A DNA stretch of 64,000 bases, taken from contig OZ024744.1 of assembly GCA_964016885.1 (NCBI GenBank), positions 107,446,001 through 107,510,000 of the forward strand, given 5' to 3'. The position numbers and the translations under genes are program-made. This stretch comes from Eledone cirrhosa. Its lineage: Eukaryota. Below are positions 53,716-64,000 of the stretch, one piece after another (positions within the stretch are counted from its first letter, which is position 1; each line of letters begins with the position of its first letter). The notes under the pieces were generated by a model. The model searched no databases and had not been told where the DNA came from. It was given only the letters and a program-made list of their open reading frames with translations.

Positions 53716-55591
53716 TTTTTGTTTACAAATGTTAAAAGGAAAAAACTACTCTCTGAAATAAGGGAGATAACCTATGATTTTTTTCAGTTTAAATTTCAAT
53801 GGAAATGGATTGTAGTTTTTTCCAATTCATCCCCAAGCTGGACCCACTTTCCATGGCATTTACTGGCATGGCTTGTACAGGTCAACATAGACTCAAACTA
53901 GATGGGTTGGGGCCACCTCTAGTCACCTTTATAATAAAGAATAATGTCTGATTACCATCTTGTCCAAGGAATATTAATGCTAAAAGGTTCTTTATCTGGA
54001 AAAAAAAAATGTTCTTCTTCTGATTGCTGTTGTTGCTGCTACTACTACCACTACTACTATTACTGCCACTACAAAAAAGAAAAAGACAAAGGTAGTTCGA
54101 AATTTACAAAGTTCAAAGAAAACTCAAAGCTTTCCAGCATCTTCATATGGAATATTGTAATCAAGGAATTAATAACTTTTATATTCTTTTTTCTATTACA
54201 CTCCATCAAACAAAGAAATTCTTCAGTGTGACACTTGTGAAAGGAAGGCGAAAAGAAGTGAAGTATGAGGTTACAGGCGAGGTCATGTCAACAATTGCAG
54301 AGAAGTCTGTGAATAATCTTGGGAGGGGGAGGGGGGCTGTACTGTGGGCCACTCAATGATAGAAATATGGGACTAAGAATCCAGAAGATGGCCAAGGATA
54401 GACATTCAGTGATAGATTACTGCCAGGCAAGTTCAGGATCTGTTGCATGTAGTTTGCACTGTACTCAGACTGCAGTGGTCACTGATGTATGAAGTCACAC
54501 GCAGTCAACCAAGATTGTTTGGGATTGAGTGGAAGGAATTGTGTCATGGGAGCTATCCAGAACCAGTTTTGGTTTGCTCTGTCAATGACACACTTCCTGG
54601 AACCACAAACATAAACGTTGGAAAATAGAAGAGTGGGGCTTCTACAAACGTGGGAAGGTTGGAACAATGAAGCACATGCTGTTTAGTTGCCCACAGGGCC
54701 AGAAGAATAGATGTACTTAGTGGCATCAGCCAGTACTTTAACCAGGTGCTTAGAGTACTGATGTACTGGGTGAAGAGGATGATTACCAGTAGTGGAGAAG
54801 AGCAGGATAAAGTTTTGTAAAGAACATTGCAAGCCAGTGACTATAAGAAAGAAGACTAACCCAAAATGGGAGGGAATCTGGTAGGTCTCAGTTGACCTGG
54901 ATGGCAAATAAAATGTTCCCCTTATTATCACCAAGAGACCCGACCCTGTCTTGTAGTACAAGGAAAGGAAGGTGGTAAATATAGTGAAACTTACTATCTC
55001 TTGGGAGGCAAACATTGATGATGTATTTCGCGGGAAGTACAGAGAATTGCTTGAACTCTGAAACCTGTGGATGGGAGGCATCCTGTTTCCTTGTAGAGGT
55101 AGGAATCAGGGTTGACTCACTCTTCAGGGACCTTGAACTGGCACCAAAGGAAAGGAAACACCTTTCTAGGGCATTGTCTGAGGCAGCTGATAAAGCAAGT
55201 CACTACATCAGGTGCAAAAGAGATGATGAATGGTGCACTTGACACATTGAGGTGGATGTTTCGCTAGGACCCATAACACCAGACCCATCAAATTTCATGC
55301 TGTTCTGCTACGTTGAGGTGGAAGGTTTCCCAACATCAGTTACCAAAGATTGTGCTGTTGTGCAGGAGTTTCTTTGCCTACAACTGTGGGTGGTAAATCT
55401 GGTGTTGGAAGGGGCTGAAACACCGTTACATCACCACCTGATGAGACAGTACAGAATCACCTGCAGTACAGATCTGTGTTTACTAAACACCATACACTCC
55501 ATCTTTTTTAACAGGTATTTTTTAACTAGTTGTATTTTTTTAAAGATTTTTATATATATATATATATATTTTTGTTTCTATTATATTTCAG

Positions 55592-55819
55592 GCTGTTTTG
55601 ACACTTTTAGATTTAGCTTTGAATCTGACGGTCTTGACTCCAGCTCGCATTGCAAATTGGGAGCTAGTTGCAGACGTTGTGAATTGCTGCAGCAGGAATT
55701 ACCGATCTCCGAAGCAATGTAAAAACCGTTATGAAAACATAATTATTCCACGTGAAGAAGGCCGTGTTTTGTACGACATCAACCCCAGAAAACAGAAGAA
55801 GACAAAAGGAATATACAAA
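55592..55819 (+). CDS. EP400: EP400/domino exon, SANT/Myb-like domain, phase 0/0
   Basis: ttcAG| AVLTLLDL..NWELVADVVN..YRSPKQCKNRYENIIIPREEG..GIYK |GTatga. Confidence 0.96.
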
Positions 55820-56442
55820 GTATGATTTATGTTCATCATCATTTTCCGTTCACTTTCTACACTGATTTGGGTTTGACTGGTTGTCAGGGTGACCTCATTT
55901 TGCTCATACATTCCATATTTGACATGGCTTCTAAGGCTGGATGCCCTTACTAATGCCAACCAGCTTACAGAGTGTACTGCGTGCATTTTTTTCATTGCAC
56001 CAGCACTGCAGAGGTCATATGCTAGGTTAATGCTAATGGCTCCTCTCAAACCCTATATTGTCCCCATTTAATTTACCAAACACTGTAGCCTTCTGTCTCT
56101 CACCACATTTATTTTTAATATTGCAGTGTTTGTACTGATGGATGGGCCTTTTGTATTATGGCATATTGCCAGTCAGCTTGGTCTGGTGTCATCTTCATAA
56201 GGTTGTTTTGTTAAAGTCATTCTTTCTACCTCTTCTACAGGTTTCATCCCCCTCAAGCACTTGGCACTTTTTTAAATACAACTTAAGTTTTCTTAACACA
56301 TCAAATGACAAAACCAGTGCAATCATCGCTCTTGTGCCTTGTTCAATGTCTCTTATACCCAGCTTTTCTCTCAGCTCACATGTACTCTGTCATTTATTGA
56401 TGTAATTACATAGCAGCCATTGCATTTATAATTACATGTATT

Positions 56443-57110
56443 TCATCATCATCGTCATTTAATGCCTGTTGTTCCCTGCTAGCAAGGGTTGGACTGGTCA
56501 TCCCAGACTAAGCTAGTACTGAACCAGAGTCCCTACCTCTTAGATGGGCCAGAGACTCACAAGTCACATACATGCACTCTGCAGAAATGTAGTGGGTACA
56601 TTTTATCATGGAATCAGCATTAGGGAGGTTCTCATGTCTTTGAAGAGTCTTCTCAACCCTTTTGTTTGGCAGGTTTTCTATGGTTGGACGACTTTCTTAT
56701 TTCCATCCACTTTACAGAGTACTAGGCGTGTTTATAATGTAGATCACCTTTAGAGAGGTCATCATACCTGAGATCTGGGTGCATTTTATTATGCCATCAA
56801 CACTAGAGATTTAGCTGTGCTTTGACAATGCAAAAGACCTCTCAACCCTTTTTGTTAGGTTTCTATAGGTGGATGTCCTTCCTGTAATCAACTAGCCTAT
56901 GTGATATACTGAGTGCACATGTACTACAGAGGTTGTCATGCATGTCATGATGGAAACATTCTCTCAATACTTTTGGCATGGTTTCATTTACTAAAAGCCC
57001 TTCCTAACACCAATCACTTTACAGGGTGTACTGAGTACATTTTATTGTGGAACTAGCACAAGGGAGATTATCAGTCATTGATATGATTGAAGAGTCTTCT
57101 ACCCTGCAGG
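56443..57110 (-). repeat. Old SINE-like element with tandem ~120-bp internal units
   Basis: (CAT)n tail plus repeated CTCTCAACCCTTTT..GGTTTCTA..CACTTTACAG motif; similar blocks at 55830-56030, 59470-60050 and 60470-60800. Confidence 0.6.
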
Positions 57111-57369
57111 GGAATAGGATGAAGGAGGTAAGAAAGAAAGTATATCATAGCTGCATGGTGGGTAGATGAAGGGTGAGAAAGTACGGCAGAGTGATAATAA
57201 GTAGGAGTTGAGTGTGTGTGTGTGGGGGGGGGGGGGGTACTGTGCCACTAATGAGTCATGACTGGAATATTAGAATAATCAATAAATTTGTAAAGTGTTG
57301 CAGAAAAATGTGTTGGAGCTAGGTATCTTAGAAATCTTTTTTCATCAGATCTTTTTTGATATTTTTCAG

Positions 57370-57663
57370 ACAAAAAATAACCGACCGATCAAAACTAGCC
57401 AACTTTATGGACAGGATAGCTATGCTGCAGTAACTGCTCTGTATTCAGGCCGCTTTGATATGATAAAAAGTCTGGCGAGTAAACGACAGCCACCTCTCCG
57501 GCAGAGCACCAACCAAGGGCAGAAGAACCCAAAACACACATCTGTGCTCCAGAACAGTGGAATTGACTATGAATTTCCACGCAATCCGGTTCAAGTTGCT
57601 TTGATTCGAGCAGAGAGGATACAACATGAAAAGAAGAAGAACCAAGCAGCTGCTGCTGCTGCT
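57370..57663 (+). CDS. EP400: EP400/domino exon (TKNNRPIKTSQLY..KNPKHTSVL..RAERIQHEKKK), phase 0/0
   Basis: ttcAG| ... GCT|GTgagt. Matches EP400 KNNRPLRTSQ, KNPKHASVL and LRAERI. Confidence 0.95.
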
Positions 57664-58304
57664 GTGAGTTTCTTGTTAACATTTTAGATAACTGGCAATT
57701 GTTAACATGTTAACCTCTTCATTACCAAATGTTTATAAAACCTTGGAACAGCTTTCATAGTTTTGGTGGATAAAATTAAATTCTTTAGTAAAGGACATCC
57801 AAAATAAAACTGAATGTTCGAATCTTTATATTGCAAAATATTTTCTGTTCTGTTATAAAGAATATATTAGTCTGTCTAATTCACCTTTTCATTATCATAT
57901 TTCTAATGAATGATACTGCCTGTGTTGTTTTGTCAAATAGTTACAAAAATAAAGAATTTTTTTTGGAGGGATTTAGTAATATAACTAACATTATCTTAAG
58001 TTGGAACATAAATTAAATGTTCTTACATAAAATTATAATGGAAGATTTTTAGTTAATATAGACTTTAGGACTTTTGTTACCATATTTTTAATTAAATAAA
58101 CTATGAAGAATTGTATGAGATTTACTAAAATTATTAATTACTTGATTATTAAGATGATCAAACTATGTTCAGAGATTTAAATTTAAATAATTTAAAATGT
58201 GTGATTTTGTTTCATAGAACCAGAAGTAATTTTGAGCATGTTAGTATGAGTGTCTGTCTGTGTTTTTATTCATAGAATTAATGTTTTGTTATGTGTTAAT
58301 ACAG

Positions 58305-58556
58305 CATGTGTCAGCTGACCAGCAGTTAGCCCTCCAGCGTACCCAACAGCCCGGTGGCCAGGTCCAGGGTCAAGTTACCCAACAACAACAACAACAACAG
58401 CAGCAACAACAACAGCAACAACAACAGCAACAGCAACAAGTACCACAGGTGGTTGCTGCTGCTGTAGCAACACCATCTACCCATGTTTCTCAAAATGTTG
58501 CCACAGTCCAGGCACAGCAACTTCAATCACTCACTAATGTATCCAGTTCAGTTATG
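58305..58556 (+). CDS. EP400: EP400/domino exon with Q20 tract, phase 0/0; the gene continues beyond
   Basis: tacAG|CAT..ATG|GTaaga. ADQQ motif and Q-rich tail as in p400/Domino-A. Confidence 0.85.
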
Positions 58557-58639
58557 GTAAGATCAATAATTCTCTCTTTCTTCCCTTGCTTGTCTTACTT
58601 AATCTACTACACCATCTCTGCCATTGCAACATTGCCAAA

Positions 58640-58920
58640 TGGTTTAGAGGCTCACTTCACAATCGTTAGGTCCTGGATTTGATCCCGCTGCGTGGCATCT
58701 TGGGGTAGTGCCTTTTATCAAAGCCTCAAGTTAATCTATACCTGTGAGGGAATGTTGGATAGATAGAAACTGTTTGAAAGCCTGTCAGATAATAATTCAA
58801 AGGGTCTGAATATTACATTAAGGGTACACATGTATGTGGAATACTCAACCACTTACGCATTAATACAAGAAAAAAGGCTGCTCCATTGATCAAACAACTG
58901 GAATACTAATGGAGGTGCAC
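58640..58920 (+). mobile_element. Degenerate tRNA-derived SINE
   Basis: tRNA-like head (GGTTTAGAG..GGATTTGATCCC) and CTTGGGGTAGTG core-like motif; related minus copy at ~31365-31480. Confidence 0.5.
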
Positions 58921-61321
58921 TCCACCCTTCTTATACCACCTTTCCACTCCAGTTTACAATTATTATAGTTAAGACTTAAGGGGCATGTAATAAGATTGAA
59001 ACTTAAGACAATTTTTTGCTTCTCATGAAGGCTACTACAACACATTAACTGTAATATAGTTGAATAACAGTGAGGACATAATCTTGTGAGATAGAAAATA
59101 ATTAAACAGAACCACCTGCAGGAATTGAACCACATCACTGCTCTCCACTGGAAGGCTGGGTTACCACACTAGCATTTCTTTCTGTTAACTTAAAGTTCAA
59201 ATCTTTCAGATATACTGTTAGAATGTAGACAAATGGTTATGTTCCTGATTTTATTCAATTATATTACTGTTAATATGCATTGTGATGGCTTTTGTAAGGG
59301 GCCAAACATTCTCTTAAATATCATTATTTTAGTTGGTTTTTTAAAAAAAATCCATACACCTTTATTTCCTCTTCCCCTTAATAACTCATTTATTTAAATA
59401 CCAATTCTTCATTAATCATTTATTTCACCTTACTCTTTGCACTTCCTTCCTGCTCAGTGATCGTGATCATCATCATCAGCAGCAGCATTATCATCATTTT
59501 AATGTCTGTTCATTCCTGCCAGCAAAGGTTGGACAGGTCATCACTGACCAAGTCATTACTTAATTGAAACCACTGGCCTTTCAAGCAAGCTGGAGGCTGA
59601 TCTTGCTTATCTACATTCCCGAATTCTACAGGGTTCATTTTCTCATTTTCTCCTGTACTAGAGAGGTTGTCATGTCTTTGATTCAACTGATTGGCTACCA
59701 ATTCCTATTATCAAACACTTTACAAAGTCTATTGGGTACATTTATCATGTCACCAACCTTAGATAGGTTGTTGTACCCTTCACACAACTGAAAAGTCTTC
59801 TTGTCCGTATTCTTTATATGGTTTCTACAGCTGGATGTCTTTCCTATGATAACCACATTACATAGTGTACTGGAGGCATTTCTTATGGCAACAGCATTTG
59901 AGAGGTTGTCCTTTCAACCCTTTTTGGCATGGTTTCTATGGCTAGAAGCCTTTCCTTACAGCAACCACATTAGTGTGTATTGGGGACATTTTATCATAGC
60001 ACCAGCACTAGAGAGGTTACTCATGATTCACTTGAAGAACCCCCTCAACCCTATTGAAGAGGAAAACCTAAATTTTAAATATATAGAAAACATCTATTAG
60101 GCCTTCCCCATCCACTGCTTGATGCTACCCAAATCCATGTTTCAAGTCTTATGAATCTATTCCCCCTCTCCCACTATCTCCTCTTAGTCACCAGCCATCA
60201 TTCCCTTTCCTCAATCCACCAGCCAACCCCTGCTCACTCCAGCTCTCACTCTTCCTCAACAACATACTACATGTTGCTGCCATTACTCCTTATCCTCTAA
60301 GGCCTTCTCTGTCATATCGTCAACCCCTGCTCTTCCATTCTACTGAGGGTACTATCAACTCTCTAGTGTTGATGTTATGGTAAAACACACCCAGTACATT
60401 CTGTAAAGTGGTTGGTGATACGAAATGCATTCAGCTGAAGACACTATGCCAAAATGGTACATACCAATAATACATTTTTATATCTGCTTTCCACACTGGC
60501 ATGGATTAGACGAGTTGTCACAGTCTGAGACCAGAAAGGTGGGTGTAACCTCATTTTGCGCATATGTTCCATATTTGGCATTGTTTTTATGGCTGGATGT
60601 TGTTCCTGATCCCAACCACCTTCCAGGTTGTACTGACTACGTTCTTGTCATGGGACCTGCACTACCACTTTACAGAATTAACTATGTGTTTTATTGTGGC
60701 ATCAGCACTAATACTTTACAGTGTGGATTGAGTGCATTTTATTGTGATACCGGCATTTGAGGGCTTGTCACATGATCATTCTGACTGAAGGGTCCTCTCA
60801 AACCTTGTATTGTCACCAACACTGACGTCTGTCTAGCATGAAAAATCGATGTAAAATGATGATTATGATGTTATGAGTTAACTCTATATTTCTTTTGTGT
60901 TTGCCTCTTTTATCCTTCCCCTGCTTCTTCCTCATTCTGCTTGTCCTGACTTTAACACAAAATCCACATGTATTTCTTGTTGGTGCTTCTCTAGAAAAGC
61001 CCATCCCAACTGAGGATAAATAGATAAATTAATATAAGACATTATAATCCAAACTAGGATTAGGATTAAGGTTAACTCATGTTTTCTGTTTGTATAGCTA
61101 TTAATATGGAGTTAATTAATTACAGGAAATTGATTGAATTAACCCTAAACATGATTTGAAATAAAATAGTTCAGATTATATCAATATCTTTATATTAATT
61201 TATCACAGAGTTGGAATGTGTTCTGGAGAAGCACTTTTCTTGAGTTGCTTATATAAAAGTTCCTCATCTTCTCTTCACTATCTATTTTATCTACTTTGTT
61301 TTTGTGTTGGTCTATCTATAC

Positions 61322-61894
61322 TTAACCCCTTTATTACCATGTTTTTAATGAAACATGCTGCTTATTGTCTTCAAATAATTTTTTAAATAATCAAGAATTT
61401 GGAAGGATTTAATAACACAACCAACTTTCCTATTATTTAGCTGGTGTTTAAAACATTAATTAACAATTGTTCTCACATGAAATTATGATTTATTTAATTG
61501 AAATAACAGATAAGTTTATTATCTATTAGGATATTATTGATAATATTAATGATACCAAACCACCTGAAACCACACCTGTTAAACCACCTGAAACCATACT
61601 TCTCAAACCACCTGAAACCACACCTGTCAAACCACCTGAAACCACACCTGTCAAACCACCTGAAACCACACCTGTCAAACCACCTGAAACCACACCTGTT
61701 TCTATGATAGAAAACTGTTTTAAGATGTTTATATTTATTTAAAAACCTGATTTATGTAAGAACCTATGTTAAGCTATACTCTACTAACTTAATAATAAGA
61801 AAGTTACTTGTGTTAAAAATTCCTCTAAATTCTTGATTATTTTCAAAAGGATTTAAAAATTGTTTCCATAGAAATATGGTAAGAAGAGGGTTAC
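61322..61894. mobile_element. MITE-like element with terminal inverted repeats
   Basis: TTAACCCCTTTATTACCATGTTT ... AAATATGGTAAGAAGAGGGTTA. Confidence 0.6.
61556..61699. repeat. 6 x 24-bp minisatellite (CAAACCACCTGAAACCACACCTGT)
   Basis: Direct reading. Confidence 0.93.
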
Positions 61895-62077
61895 TGTTAA
61901 ATTGTAGGTTTAAAGGAGTAAAAATAACACCCAACATTTACTGATGTGGTAACTGTTACTGGAGTTTCACCAAAACCAATGGTTAATTTGTCCAGACTGG
62001 ATGAACTAGCTTTTGGTTTCCATGAACTCCTGTACAAGTCAGCCTAGGTACATAACAACAACAACAACAACAACAAC

Positions 62078-62260
62078 CAGGACCTAAAGAGGGAACTGAA
62101 AAGGATTTGGGGATGACATAAGATCAAGGTCTTCCCCATCATCTTAGAGACACTAGGTACTATCTTGAAGAGTTTCCAAGGCTGGTTTAAGAACATTATC
62201 TCAGCCGCATTTTTTGGGGAACACTTCAAAAGAATATATGTCCTGAATATCTGAGGCTGC
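62078..62260 (+). mobile_element. Fragment of a restriction-like-endonuclease LINE (R4/Dong-like C-terminus)
   Basis: QDLKRELKRIWG*HKIKVFPIILETLGTI resembles the REL C-terminal motif (L..E...W...V.PI..G.LG). Confidence 0.45.
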
Positions 62261-62599
62261 AGGTAACAGCTTGATGTTCATTGGAGTAAATTTTCCAGTT
62301 AAATAACATCAATGACTGAGATACCAAAGTAATAATGATAGTAATATATATTTTATTGACTGCAAGGGCACAAGACATTGTGAGCAAGTACAGGAAAGGG
62401 AAGATAGCAACAGACATAACAATAATAGAAATTGTAATAAATTGTCCAGAAACAATATCAAACAATGACAATTGTCAACTAGGAACACTTCCCCAATAGT
62501 AGGGGGACTGTGCTTTAGAGTAATTATAGGGATCATCACCACAAAATTTCAGATTACTGTGTTGCATCAAGGGCATTGAAAGTGCCCTCTCTTGGTTTC

Positions 62600-64000
62600 T
62601 GTATAGAAAAGTACAGTCAGAGTTGAGCCTCATCAATTTCATTGTTCTCACCCATCTTTCATAAAACACATTAGACTGCAGTACCTCTCTCTCTACTTTC
62701 AACTTCCTCTTCAAGTGGAAGTTGATGAGGGCATGGCTGGAGAGAAAGATTCCTGTCCTCAAATCTTTCTCTTATGTCTACCATACAGCTTCTTTCACCA
62801 TAACCACCTAGCAGATGAAGACTTGCGCTTTTCCTTTCTAAAGGAAGCTGTCAGTTAGATTTAATAATAATAACAATAATAATTTCTTTATTAGCCACTA
62901 CAGCCAAAACATACAGGACAATACAAAAACAAAGACGTGGGGATTTACATAAAATGCGTAAAACAAAGATAGTTAAGCACCATCAGATGGCACCCTTTTC
63001 CTCTCTAAACTCTCCAGCTTACAGGTGCATGGTCAGACCCATTCACATTGGCCATTCTTGCAAATTCACCCACCTTTTAGCAAATGTACTGAGTCACAGC
63101 ACTTCTCTCTCCACCATCACCTTCCTTTCCAAGTGGAACTTGAAAAAATTGATGAGGGATTGGCTGAGGGAAAAGTGCCTGTCTTCAGTTGTTTCAGCTG
63201 TTTCCACCACACAACCTCTTTCACTACAGCCACAGACCAAAAGAATACGGAGGGGTGATCTTCACTGTAGAATTGGTTGATAGCTGAATCCATCCTACAC
63301 ATGATAATAGCTGTTCAACAAAATTCCACAAGTCTGCAATGCACGGACACTGGACAAGTGCATGCAGAACAGTTTTACACATCTCAGACAAGTTTGTCTG
63401 AATGCATTTCCATGCCTGTAGAGTTTGTCTCGAACCAGCAACAACTTCACTGGTCTGTCTGTCCAGCATCTAACAATGCTGTTGAACGGCATGGGTTTCC
63501 CTCTCCAGGTGCCAAGCTGCGAATCCACTGACTTGTCTGTTAAGGTTTCATATTCCTCTAAGTTGCTGATCCAGCCTTCCATATCCCGGTTCAAGCAGGA
63601 TGACCTGCAAGAGCTCCAGCTTCTGCAGTAGTGGCTCGAGAGTCGATATATACAGAAAGGAGGAAAGAGGAGATACTTGATGGACTGAGTGTGTAATCTG
63701 GAATGGTTCCAACAGGTGGCCATTTACATTGACCACCGAGTAGATGTCGCTGTGCATTGCTGCAATCCAGTTTCTGAAGACAGAACCAAAGCCAGCTGCT
63801 TTGAGGACAGCCTCTAGGTTTCAATGGTTGGCCCCCATCGAAAGCTTTCGATTGATCCAAATTGATCACAACCAGGTTTACTCCCTACCCTCTCTATGAT
63901 CTATCACATGAGGTTGTCGTGTGTGGACCTTGTTGGGATTGTACACATTTGCGCCTCCTCTATCTGGCTCTTGATAACAATAACCAACCTCATTTCTAAC
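62600..64000 (-). mobile_element. Decayed L1/Tx1-clade LINE (RT fragment plus duplicated 3' region)
   Basis: INLDQSKAFD, VNVNGHLLEPFQITHSVHQ.SPLS..LY..TLEPLLQKL; many frameshifts. Confidence 0.7.

Noticed and set aside
54240-55470. Possible additional exons or a gene (short ORFs 54147-55722)
   Set aside because: No recognisable motif, and exons 53229 and 55592 join seamlessly (WALLQ|AV). Probably decayed repeats that I cannot classify.
58311-58314. Alternative acceptor tcAG at 58314
   Set aside because: Out of phase with the phase-0 donor at 57663.
58557-64000. Further EP400 exons
   Set aside because: No convincing open exon with splice sites was found; a small low-complexity exon cannot be excluded.

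Overview
Animal genomic DNA, most likely octopus or another coleoid cephalopod. This is inferred from the extreme (TA)n/(TATG)n content, RTE LINEs with (ATG)n tails and matching SINE families. The only host gene is the 3' part of EP400/domino (p400 chromatin remodeller) on the + strand. Six exons were recovered by hand with canonical, phase-consistent splice sites (31957-58556), covering the PPTPP motif, the SANT/Myb domain and a polyQ. Bases 1-31.9 kb show no recognisable exon and are probably one very large upstream intron, filled with microsatellites, RTE/RTEX/CR1 fragments and SINEs. Two non-obvious systems stand out. (1) About a dozen minimal type-I hammerhead-ribozyme motifs from at least 7 different sequence families. 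Most are followed by AATAAA, end ~40-50 nt before a (TA)n tract, and occur as divergent inverted pairs, resembling Penelope-like pLTR/retrozyme remnants. (2) An 18.8-kb intronic satellite of ~395 47/48-bp units with higher-order structure. Its monomer also occurs in 2-5 copies in the 3' UTR of the neighbouring RTE LINEs and a SINE-like element, so it appears to have grown inside a retroelement.
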